A stretch of DNA of 64,000 nt from contig CAVIIZ010000002.1 in NCBI GenBank assembly GCA_963642995.1, positions 75,610 to 139,609 of the forward strand, read 5' to 3'. Of this stretch, positions 50,122-58,476 are shown piece by piece. The notes beneath the pieces are model-generated. The model did not search any database. It was given only the letters and a program-made list of their open reading frames with translations, and was not told the DNA's origin. Position 1 is the stretch's first letter. The number at the start of each line of letters is the position of its first letter. The position numbers and the translations under genes were made by a program. This stretch comes from a bacterium. Its GTDB lineage: Bacteria; Actinomycetota; Coriobacteriia; Coriobacteriales; QAMH01.

Positions 50122-51202
50122 ACGCACCGTCATCCCCTTCGGCCCGCAGCATCCCGTCTTGCCCGAGCCGTTGCACTTGGACCTCGTGCTCGACGACGAG
50201 AAGGTCGTCGAGGCGCTGCCACGCATCGGCTACGTGCACCGCGGGTTGGAAAAACTCGTGGAAAAGCGCGACTACAAGATGTTCGTCTACGTCGTCGAGC
50301 GCATATGCGGCATATGCTCCTACGGCCACTCGCTGGGATACGCGCAATGCGTCGAGCAGCTTCTGGACGTGCGGGTGCCGCCGCGCGCCGAGTACCTGCG
50401 CGTCATCTTCCACGAGCTCTCGCGCGTGCACAACCACCTGCTGTGGCTGGGTCTTCTGGCCGATGCCTTCGGCTTCGAGTCGCTGTTCATGCACTCGTGG
50501 CGCCTGCGCGAGCGCGTCCTCGACATATTCGAGGAATGCACGGGCGGCCGCGTCATCTTCTCGGCAAACGACGTGGGCGGTTTTCGCCAAGACGTCGACG
50601 ACGCCACCCTGAAGGGGATGGTCGTCGTGCTGCGCCGCCTTGAAGAGGACTACCGCGCCCTCTACAAGACCTTCCTCATGGACACGAGCGTGAGAAGCCG
50701 CCTCGACGGCGTCGCGCCCATCTCCGAAGAGCAAGCCGCCGAGTACTCGATGGTGGGTCCTTTCGCCCGCGCCTCCGGGCTGCTCGTAGACGAGCGCCTG
50801 CACGGCGTCGGCGCCTACGGGGCGCTTGCGGCCTTCGAGCCGGTGCTCTCGGTCGTGGGCGATTGCTACGCCCGCTGCGTCGTGCGCGCAAAAGAGCTGT
50901 TCCAGTCCATCGACATCATCGCCGAACTGGTGGACAAGGTGCCGGGTGGCGAGGTGGCGGTGAAGGTGAAGGGCAATCCGGAGGCCGGCGCGCGCTCGAT
51001 GGTCACCATCGAGCAGCCACGCGGCCAGGCCTTCTACTACGCGGCGGGCAACGGCACGAAGTTTCTGGAACGCATGCGCGTGCGCACGCCGACGGCGCAG
51101 AACATGCAAGGCCTCGTCGCCTCGCTTGCGGGCTGCGACCTGGCCGACGTGCCCATGATCATATTGACCATCGACCCGTGCATCAGCTGCACGGAGCGCT
51201 AG
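50114..51202 (+). CDS. echE: Ech [NiFe]-hydrogenase large (catalytic) subunit (NuoD-like)
   Basis: ATG 50114, overlapping echD by 8 nt. N-terminal Ni-Fe ligand motif RICGICSYGHS. C-terminal motif DPCISCTER, which is also the end of the protein. Confidence 0.93.
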   Translation: MSKRTVIPFGPQHPVLPEPLHLDLVLDDEKVVEALPRIGYVHRGLEKLVEKRDYKMFVYVVERICGICSYGHSLGYAQCVEQLLDVRVPPRAEYLRVIFHELSRVHNHLLWLGLLADAFGFESLFMHSWRLRERVLDIFEECTGGRVIFSANDVGGFRQDVDDATLKGMVVVLRRLEEDYRALYKTFLMDTSVRSRLDGVAPISEEQAAEYSMVGPFARASGLLVDERLHGVGAYGALAAFEPVLSVVGDCYARCVVRAKELFQSIDIIAELVDKVPGGEVAVKVKGNPEAGARSMVTIEQPRGQAFYYAAGNGTKFLERMRVRTPTAQNMQGLVASLAGCDLADVPMIILTIDPCISCTER

Positions 51203-51218
51203 GAAAGGGACGGCGAGC

Positions 51219-51704
51219 ATGGGATTGTTCAAGTTCGGGGCCACGACGCTGGGCAGCTTGTTCTCGAAGCCCGCCACGCGCAAGTACCCCTACGAGAGGC
51301 GCGGGCCGTATGCGCGCACGCGCGGGCGCATCGAGATGGAGGACATGAAGGCCTGCATCCTGTGCGGCCTGTGCTCCACGCGCTGCCCGGCGTTGTGCAT
51401 AGAGGTGGACAAGCAGGCCGAGACCTGGACATATTGGCCTTACAAGTGCATCGCCTGCGATTCGTGCGTGCGCGCCTGCCCCAAGGGCGTGCTGTCCATG
51501 CGCCCCGAGCATGCGCCCGCCACGACGGACATGGAGTCCGTGGTGTGCGAGAAACCGCCGCTTTCGCCTGAAGAGCAAGCCGAGAAAGAGCGCAAGGAAG
51601 CCGAGCGCGCGGCAAAGGTCGCCGCCGCCAAGGCGAAGAAGGCCGCCGCTTCCGCCGGAAAGCCCGGCGGCGCGCAGGCCTGCGGCGACGGCGACGCGGA
51701 GTAG
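51219..51704 (+). CDS. echF: Ech hydrogenase 2x[4Fe-4S] ferredoxin-like subunit (NuoI/HycF-like)
   Basis: CILCGLCSTRCP and CIACDSCVRACP clusters. Lys/Ala/Glu-rich C-terminal tail. Confidence 0.9.
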   Translation: MGLFKFGATTLGSLFSKPATRKYPYERRGPYARTRGRIEMEDMKACILCGLCSTRCPALCIEVDKQAETWTYWPYKCIACDSCVRACPKGVLSMRPEHAPATTDMESVVCEKPPLSPEEQAEKERKEAERAAKVAAAKAKKAAASAGKPGGAQACGDGDAE

Positions 51705-51707
51705 CCC

Positions 51708-52352
51708 ATGGCGGGAATGCTCGACGCTCAAAACTACCCGGACGAGCTGGTCAGCGACAAGGTCCTGACAGGGCCCAACGTCGTCACCTTCGTCCGGCTG
51801 CTCCTCATACCGTTGTTCTTGTGGCTTTTGTTCGGGGCGCGCCAGGAGTTCGCGGCTCTCGTCGTGTTCGCCATCGCGTCGTGCACGGACTGGGTGGACG
51901 GCCAGCTCGCGCGCCGCACAGGCCAGGTCTCGAAGCTGGGCAAGCTCTTGGACCCGCTCGTGGACCGTTTCCTGCTCGCGGCAGGCGTCATCGCCATCGT
52001 GGTGCTGGGCCGCCTGCCCGTGTGGGTGCTCGTCTACATCGTCGCCCGCGACTTGCTCCTGCTCGCCGAGGGGCGCTTCATGCTCGCGCGGGTGGGCGAG
52101 GTGCCCCCCGTGGTCTACCTGGGCAAGTTCGCGACCGCGTTTCTCATGTGCGGCTTCTGCCTGCTGTTGCTCGGGCTTCCGCAGGTTCCGGGACTGGGGC
52201 TTGCCGGCGCGCCTTCATGGCTGCCGGGTTTCGGGACGCAGCCCGCCTTGCTCGGCATATGGTTCGTCTACGCGGGACTGGTCTGCTCTGTTTCCGTGTT
52301 CTTCGTCTACCAGGTGAACGGCTGGCGCCTGTTGAAGAAGAAGGGGACTTGA
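51708..52352 (+). CDS. CDP-alcohol phosphatidyltransferase (PgsA-like)
   Basis: Complete signature D-x2-DG-x2-AR-x8-G-x3-D-x3-D in TDWVDGQLARRTGQVSKLGKLLDPLVD. Six TM segments. Starts 3 nt after the echF stop. Confidence 0.88.
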   Translation: MAGMLDAQNYPDELVSDKVLTGPNVVTFVRLLLIPLFLWLLFGARQEFAALVVFAIASCTDWVDGQLARRTGQVSKLGKLLDPLVDRFLLAAGVIAIVVLGRLPVWVLVYIVARDLLLLAEGRFMLARVGEVPPVVYLGKFATAFLMCGFCLLLLGLPQVPGLGLAGAPSWLPGFGTQPALLGIWFVYAGLVCSVSVFFVYQVNGWRLLKKKGT

Positions 52353-52393
52353 AAGGCGAGGAGCCTTGCCGTCGAGGAGGGGGAGGAAGATCC

Positions 52394-54043
52394 ATGTCTG
52401 CGAGTTTGCGTGAAGTCCTCGAAAGCGGCGAATTCGTCGTCACCTGCGAGTGCATCCCGGGACGAGGCGCATTCGAGGAGGCGGTAGAGCTCTCTTTGGA
52501 CAACGCGCGCGCCATCTGGGCGGGCGGGCGCGTGCATGCCATCAGCCTATGCGACAACCCCGGCGGCAACCCGGCGCTTTCAGCCGACGCGGCCGCCGTC
52601 GAGCTTGCCCGCGACGGGGTGGAGTGCCTCGTCCACTTCTCCGCCAAAGACCGCAGCCGCGACCAGGCGCTCGCCCAGCTCTACGCCTTGGAGCGCGCGG
52701 GGCTGCACAACGTCTTGTGCATGACGGGGGACTATCCGCAAAGCGGCTGGCAGGGTCTCTCGCGCCCGGTCTTCGACTTGGACAGCGTGCAGCTCGTGGC
52801 GCTGGCGCATGCGATGAACGAGGGGCTGGAAGTGCCCGCGCATGGCCGGGCATCGCACGAGAGGCCCTGCTCGTTTCTCGTCGGCGCGGTGGCAAACCCC
52901 TTCAAATACCGTGCCGGCGAACTCCACCCCCAATACCTGAAGCTGGAAAAGAAGATCTGCGCCGGCGCCGAGTTTGTGGTCAGCCAGCTGGGATACGACG
53001 CGCGCAAGATGGAAGAGCTCGTGCGCTACGTGCGCGGGCACGGATACGACACGCCGCTTCTCGCCAACGTCTTCGTGGCCAGCCGTTTTGTCGCAGGCCT
53101 CATGCGCGCCGGCACGATTGCGGGAGCGCATGCAAGCGACGCTTTCCTCGCGGCCCTAGACGCCGAGTCGGCGCTGCCCGACAAGGGCGCGGCGGCGCGT
53201 GTCGAGCGGGCGGCGGCGCAGGTGGCCCTCGCCCGAGAGCTGGGCTATGCCGGCGTGCACCTGGGGGGCTTCGGCGTGGACGCGCCCGGCGTGGCGGCCA
53301 TACTCGAGCGCGCCGCAGAGCTTGCAGGAGACGTGCGCCCGCTGGCCGCCCGCCTCGATTTCGGAGAGGAAGGCGGCTGCTATCTGTATCCGCGCGCAGA
53401 AGGCGCCGCCGCGCCCGGCGCGCGTGGCGAGGAGGGAAAGCCCGTTGCAGCAAGAGAGAAAGCGCCCGCCGGCGCGCCGGCGCGGGATGCGGCGCCGCTT
53501 GCCGACGAGGTGCCCGGACGCGCCCTCTTCAAACGCTGGCGCATCTCGCGTTTCTTCCATGCCCTCATGCTCACGAAGGACAAAGGGCTCTATGGCCTCC
53601 TCGCCAAGCGAATGGACAAGAAGGAGAGAAAGCACGGGCGCGCTTTCGCTCACGGCGTCGAGCACGGGGTGAAGGCGGCGCTCTACGGTTGCAAGGACTG
53701 CGGCGACTGCGGGCTGGAAACCTGCCTGTTCTCCTGCCCCATGGCCGCGTGTCCAAAAAACCAGCGCAACGGGCCGTGCGGTGGCAGCGACGACGGGTTT
53801 TGCGAGGTGGGGGGGCGCGAAGAGGGGCGCTATTGCATCTGGTACCTCGCCTGGCACAGGGCGCGCGCGGCGGGCGGGGAGAAACTGCTCTCCTCGTTCA
53901 TCACCCCGCCAAACGATTGGGCCTTGCGCAACACGAGCGCCTGGAGCAACTACACGCACGCCCGCGACGCCAACGCGCATCGCCTGCCCGTCTCGATAGG
54001 CGATGCGCGCCTCGCCTCTGACGGGCGCTGTGTAAAATCCTGA
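52394..54043 (+). CDS. metF: Methylenetetrahydrofolate reductase fused to a Cys-rich MetV-like (MTHFR C-terminal) domain
   Basis: ATG 52394 with RBS GGGAGGAAGA, inside ORF 51821..54043. MetF barrel ([28 protein letters not shown]), an Ala/Pro/Gly linker, then [40 protein letters not shown]. Confidence 0.88.
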   Translation: MSASLREVLESGEFVVTCECIPGRGAFEEAVELSLDNARAIWAGGRVHAISLCDNPGGNPALSADAAAVELARDGVECLVHFSAKDRSRDQALAQLYALERAGLHNVLCMTGDYPQSGWQGLSRPVFDLDSVQLVALAHAMNEGLEVPAHGRASHERPCSFLVGAVANPFKYRAGELHPQYLKLEKKICAGAEFVVSQLGYDARKMEELVRYVRGHGYDTPLLANVFVASRFVAGLMRAGTIAGAHASDAFLAALDAESALPDKGAAARVERAAAQVALARELGYAGVHLGGFGVDAPGVAAILERAAELAGDVRPLAARLDFGEEGGCYLYPRAEGAAAPGARGEEGKPVAAREKAPAGAPARDAAPLADEVPGRALFKRWRISRFFHALMLTKDKGLYGLLAKRMDKKERKHGRAFAHGVEHGVKAALYGCKDCGDCGLETCLFSCPMAACPKNQRNGPCGGSDDGFCEVGGREEGRYCIWYLAWHRARAAGGEKLLSSFITPPNDWALRNTSAWSNYTHARDANAHRLPVSIGDARLASDGRCVKS

Positions 54044-54087
54044 GGCGCCATGTTTTCGCGAGACGCGCGACGAGAGGGGAGAGCACG

Positions 54088-55752
54088 GTGAAAAGCGACA
54101 TCGAGATAGCGCAGGAGGCGACCCTGCAGCCCATCGAGCAGGTGGCGGCCGCCTGCGGCATCGCGGAAAAAGACCTCACCTGCTACGGGCGCCACAAGGC
54201 AAAAGTCGCGCTGTCGGCCCTTCGCGAGATGCCGGCGCCCGGCAAGCTCGTGCTCGTCACGGCCATCAACCCCACGCCCGCAGGCGAGGGCAAGACCACC
54301 ACCACGGTAGGGCTCGCAGACGGCCTGCGCCGCATAGGCAAAAACGCCGTCATCGCCTTGCGCGAGCCGTCGCTAGGGCCGGTGTTCGGGGTGAAGGGCG
54401 GCGCCGCCGGCGGCGGGTACGCGCAGGTCGTGCCCATGGAAGACATCAACTTGCACTTCACCGGCGATTTCCACGCCATAGGCGCGGCGGCAAACCTCCT
54501 GGCCGCCATGCTCGACAACCACATCCAGCAGGGAAACGAGCTTTCCATCGACCCCAAGCAGATAGTCTGGAAGCGCGCGGTGGACATGAACGACCGCCAG
54601 CTGCGCCACATCGTGGACGGCCTGGGCGGCGCCAAGCAGGGCGTGCCGCGCGAAGACGCCTTCCAGATCACGGTCGCCTCCGAGGTCATGGCCATCTTCT
54701 GCCTGGCCACCTCCATCGCCGACCTCAAAGAGCGCCTCTCGCGCATCGTCGTGGCCTACACCTACGACGGCGCACCCGTGACGGCGCGCGACCTGAAGGC
54801 GCACGGCGCCATGTGCGCGCTGCTCAAAGACGCCCTTTCGCCCAATCTCGTGCAGACGCTCGAGGGCACGCCCGCATTCGTGCACGGAGGGCCGTTTGCC
54901 AACATCGCGCACGGCTGCAACTCCGTCATGGCCACGCGCGCCGCGATGAAGTTCGGCGACTACGCCATCACCGAGGCGGGCTTCGGCGCGGACCTGGGCG
55001 CGGAGAAGTTTTTCGACATCAAGTGCCGACTTGCCGGCCTCGTGCCCGATGCCGTGGTCGTCGTGGCCACGGTGCGCGCGCTCAAGCACCACGGGGGCGC
55101 CGCGCTTTCCGCGCTCGCCGACGAGGACCTGGACGCGTTGCAGGCGGGCCTGCCGAACCTCTTGCAACACGTGCAAAACATACGCGAGGTCTACGGGCTG
55201 CCCTGCGTCGTCGCCGTGAACGCCTTTCCCACCGACACGGACGGAGAGCTTGCCCTGGTCGAGGGGAAATGCCGCGAGCTGGGGGTCGAGGCGGTCCGCT
55301 CCACCGTGTGGGCAGACGGCGGCGCCGGCGGGCGAGAGCTGGCGCAACGCGTGGTCGATCTGTGCGAGGCCGACAAGCGCTTCACGTTCTCCCACGAGCT
55401 GGACGGCTCCATCGAGGAGAAGGTGGGGGCAATCGCCGAGCGCGTCTACCATGCCGACGGCGCCGTCTTCACGCCGGCGGCGAAAGCGCAGGCCGCACGT
55501 CTCGAGGAGCTGGGGTTTGCCGGCCTTCCCGTGTGCATCGCCAAGACCCAGTACTCGTTTTCCGACGACGCGTCGCTGCTGGGCGCGCCGCGCGGGTTTT
55601 CCATCACGGTGCGCGAGCTGGCCGTCTCGGCCGGCGCCGGCTTCATCGTGGCCTTGACCGGCGACATCTTGACCATGCCGGGCCTGCCCGAGCACCCGAG
55701 CGCCGAAAAGATCGACGTGGACGCCTCGGGGCGCATCACGGGGCTTTTCTAG
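54088..55752 (+). CDS. fhs: Formate--tetrahydrofolate ligase
   Basis: GTG start with [24 protein letters not shown]..., P-loop [16 protein letters not shown]-terminal ...[13 protein letters not shown]. Confidence 0.95.
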   Translation: MKSDIEIAQEATLQPIEQVAAACGIAEKDLTCYGRHKAKVALSALREMPAPGKLVLVTAINPTPAGEGKTTTTVGLADGLRRIGKNAVIALREPSLGPVFGVKGGAAGGGYAQVVPMEDINLHFTGDFHAIGAAANLLAAMLDNHIQQGNELSIDPKQIVWKRAVDMNDRQLRHIVDGLGGAKQGVPREDAFQITVASEVMAIFCLATSIADLKERLSRIVVAYTYDGAPVTARDLKAHGAMCALLKDALSPNLVQTLEGTPAFVHGGPFANIAHGCNSVMATRAAMKFGDYAITEAGFGADLGAEKFFDIKCRLAGLVPDAVVVVATVRALKHHGGAALSALADEDLDALQAGLPNLLQHVQNIREVYGLPCVVAVNAFPTDTDGELALVEGKCRELGVEAVRSTVWADGGAGGRELAQRVVDLCEADKRFTFSHELDGSIEEKVGAIAERVYHADGAVFTPAAKAQAARLEELGFAGLPVCIAKTQYSFSDDASLLGAPRGFSITVRELAVSAGAGFIVALTGDILTMPGLPEHPSAEKIDVDASGRITGLF

Positions 55753-55771
55753 ACGGGCGGAGGCGACGGCC

Positions 55772-56416
55772 ATGGCTGAGGACACGCGCGTGTTCAAAGA
55801 CTGCAGCTGCCACGAGTTCGTGGAGGCCCTGGGCAGCGCTTCGCCCGTCCCCTCGGGCGGCGGGGCGGCGGCGCTTGTCGGCGGCATCGCGGCGGCGCTG
55901 GCCTCGATGGCGGCCTCGCTTGCGGAGAAGCGCCACGGGGGGGCGCAGGGAAAAGAGCTCGCCTCGGCCTGCGCGCGCCTGAGGCGGCTGCAAGAGCGCC
56001 TCTTGCGGTGCATAGACGACGACGCGCGGGCTTTCCTGCCGCTGTCGGCCGCCTACAAGATGCCGAAGGACACCCCGGAACGCCGAGCTGCGCGCGCCGA
56101 GGCGATGGAGAGCCGCCTGCGTGCCTGCGCCGAGGTCCCGCTTTCCATGATGCGCGCCTGCGCCGAGGTTCTGGAAATGCTTCCCGGCCTTTTGGAGCCC
56201 GCCGGCCCGCTGCTTGCAAGCGATGTGGGATCTGCGGCGGTCCTGTGCCGCGCAGCCGCGCAATCGGCGGCGCTGTCGTTGCGCGCGAACACGTCGATGA
56301 TGGCCGGCCGCGACGTCGCCCGCGCGCTCGAGGACGAGGCAGACGCGCTGCTCGAAGCATGTGGAAACACGGCGCATGCGGTTTACCTGGACGCGGAGGG
56401 GAGGCTGCGCACATGA
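55772..56416 (+). CDS. fchA: Methenyl-THF cyclohydrolase / cyclodeaminase-domain protein (FchA-like)
   Basis: FVEALGSASPVPSGGGAAALVGGIAAALASM, typical of the FTCD_C/FchA family. Confidence 0.85.
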   Translation: MAEDTRVFKDCSCHEFVEALGSASPVPSGGGAAALVGGIAAALASMAASLAEKRHGGAQGKELASACARLRRLQERLLRCIDDDARAFLPLSAAYKMPKDTPERRAARAEAMESRLRACAEVPLSMMRACAEVLEMLPGLLEPAGPLLASDVGSAAVLCRAAAQSAALSLRANTSMMAGRDVARALEDEADALLEACGNTAHAVYLDAEGRLRT

Positions 56417-57273
56417 ATGAGGAGACGCTTTCGGGAAAGCCGGTCGCCGAAAAGCTCGACGCCGCCACGCGCGAGGCCTCCGATGCGCTCGGGGCACGCG
56501 GCGTTTTCCCGACCCTCGCCGTCGTGCGCGTGGGCGAGGACGGGGCCGCCGTCTCCTACGAGCGCTCGATCGTCAAGCGCGGGAAGGCCTGCGGCGTCGA
56601 CGTGAGAAGCGTCGCGCTTGCCGCCGACGCGGGCATGCCCGAGTTGCTCGCGCGCATAGAAGAGCTTTCCGCCGACCCCTGCGTGCACGGCGTCATGCTC
56701 TTTCGCCCCCTGCCGCCCGCGCTCGACGAGCAGGCCGCTTGCGAGGCCATCGCGCCCGCCAAAGACGTGGACGGCTGCACGCGCGCGTCCCTTGCAGGCG
56801 TTTTCGCCGGATCCGCCGAAGGCTTTGCCCCGGCCACGGCTGCCGCCTGCATCGCCGTTGCCGACCATTACGGCGTCGACCTGGCGGGAAAGCGCATCCT
56901 CGTCGTCGGCCGCAGCCTCGTGGTGGGCCGCCCCCTCGCCATGCTCTTGCTCGCCCGCGACGCCACCGTCACGCTCGCGCACTCGAAGTCCGTCGACGCC
57001 GCGGCGCTTTCCCGCGGATCCGACGTCGTCGTGGCCGCCGCAGGCCATGCCGGCCTCGTGGACGCGGACTGGCTGCGGCCCGGCCAGACGGTCCTCGACG
57101 TCGGGGTGAACGTGGGCGCGGACGGAAAGCTGTGCGGGGACGTGGACGCGGACGCCGCGCGGGCGGCAGGCGTCGCCTTCACCCCGGTCCCGGGCGGCGT
57201 CGGAGCCGTCACCACGAGCGTGCTGCTCTCGCATGTGGCAGATGCCGCCGGGCGCCTCTCGCGGGCGGGCTGA
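56413..57273 (+). CDS. folD: Bifunctional methylene-THF dehydrogenase / methenyl-THF cyclohydrolase
   Basis: ATG 56413 (ATGA overlap with fchA) inside ORF 56008..57273. LAVVRVGEDGAAVSYERS, VVGRSLVVGRPLAMLL, PVPGGVGAVT. Confidence 0.92.
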   Translation: MNEETLSGKPVAEKLDAATREASDALGARGVFPTLAVVRVGEDGAAVSYERSIVKRGKACGVDVRSVALAADAGMPELLARIEELSADPCVHGVMLFRPLPPALDEQAACEAIAPAKDVDGCTRASLAGVFAGSAEGFAPATAAACIAVADHYGVDLAGKRILVVGRSLVVGRPLAMLLLARDATVTLAHSKSVDAAALSRGSDVVVAAAGHAGLVDADWLRPGQTVLDVGVNVGADGKLCGDVDADAARAAGVAFTPVPGGVGAVTTSVLLSHVADAAGRLSRAG

Positions 57274-57470
57274 AGCCTCTTTCGGCACGCGCCCCATGGC
57301 GCATGTGCCCTTTGAAAGGAATTCCGGAAGGGCGCGATGCGTCCGCCGCGCGTGCGCTACCATCTCTTGCCGCGAGGCGCCCGCCTCCTCGCGCCCGCGG
57401 CTCGCAACGCCTCGGGCGCGCTGCGTGCCGCGCGCCGCATGTCGCGTGCTTTTTCGTTAGGAGCATTTTC

Positions 57471-58190
57471 ATGGAAACGACCATATTGCTCGCGCTGCAG
57501 TCCATGCGCGTGGACGGCCTCACGCAGCTTCTCGCGCTCGTGTCCGCGCTGGGAAACCAGGCCTTCGTGTGGCTTCTCATAGGGTTCGTGTGCCTGTTCA
57601 TCTCGGAAAAACGCGAGGAGGGCATCTGCATCTTCCTCGCCGTCGCCGTCGTCTTCGTCGTGAGCGAGGTCGGGATAGAGCACCTTGTCGCCCGCGTGCG
57701 CCCTTGCGACGCCGGCATAGGCGTGAGCGCGGTGGTGGGCGTGAGCCACAACGGCTACTCCTTTCCCAGCGGGCACGCGGCCAGCTCCTTTGCCTGCGCG
57801 ATCGTCATCGCGATGATGTCGCACTCGCGCCGAGGCGGGGTGTGCGCGGTGCTGTTCGCGCTGCTGGTCGCGTTCTCGCGCCTGTATCTGGGCGTCCACT
57901 ATCCCACCGATGTGGCAGGCGGCGCCATCATCGGCGCCGCCTGCGGCCTGGCCGTCGTGGGGATATGGCGCCTCTTCTTGGGATCTGCGCTCATGGGGCT
58001 TTTCGCGAAGCTGGAAAGGGCGGGCGGCAGTGCGCGCGCCGGCCATGCGGGCAAGGGCACCCCCACGGCGCGCCACCTCGAAGGAAAGCCGCCGCGTCCG
58101 GGCGACGCGCGCGCCTCCAGGGAAACGGCGCATGCGAGGACACGGCAAAAGGGCGCGCACACCCGCACCACCCCGAGACGACGCGATTAG
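57471..58190 (+). CDS. PAP2-family phosphatase (undecaprenyl-diphosphatase-like) with a basic C-terminal tail
   Basis: ATG 57471 with RBS AGGAG. PAP2 motifs RVRP, PSGHA and SRLYLGVHYPTDV. Confidence 0.85.
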   Translation: METTILLALQSMRVDGLTQLLALVSALGNQAFVWLLIGFVCLFISEKREEGICIFLAVAVVFVVSEVGIEHLVARVRPCDAGIGVSAVVGVSHNGYSFPSGHAASSFACAIVIAMMSHSRRGGVCAVLFALLVAFSRLYLGVHYPTDVAGGAIIGAACGLAVVGIWRLFLGSALMGLFAKLERAGGSARAGHAGKGTPTARHLEGKPPRPGDARASRETAHARTRQKGAHTRTTPRRRD

Positions 58191-58200
58191 GAGAAAGCAC

Positions 58201-58476
58201 ATGGAAAAACAGGAAGCACAAGCGCAGATAGAGCGGCACCGCGCCCGCATCGACGAGTTGGACGCGCAGCTGCTCGCGTTGATGAACGAGCGCTCGGAGG
58301 AGTCGCTTGCCATACGCGCCCTGAAGCCGGCGGCCGGCGCGCGGCTTTTCGACGCGGCGCGCGAGGAGCGCATCCTCGCCCGCCTCGACGAGCTGAACGA
58401 AGGGCCCATGGCAAACGCCGACGTGCGCAAGATCTACGCCACCTTGCTCGAGGTGATGAAAGAGGTGAAGGCGTGA
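58201..58476 (+). CDS. Chorismate mutase (AroQ class, 91 aa)
   Basis: ATG 58201 with RBS AGGAG. RIDELDAQLLALMNERSEESLAIRALK...REERILARL pattern. Confidence 0.85.
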   Translation: MEKQEAQAQIERHRARIDELDAQLLALMNERSEESLAIRALKPAAGARLFDAAREERILARLDELNEGPMANADVRKIYATLLEVMKEVKA

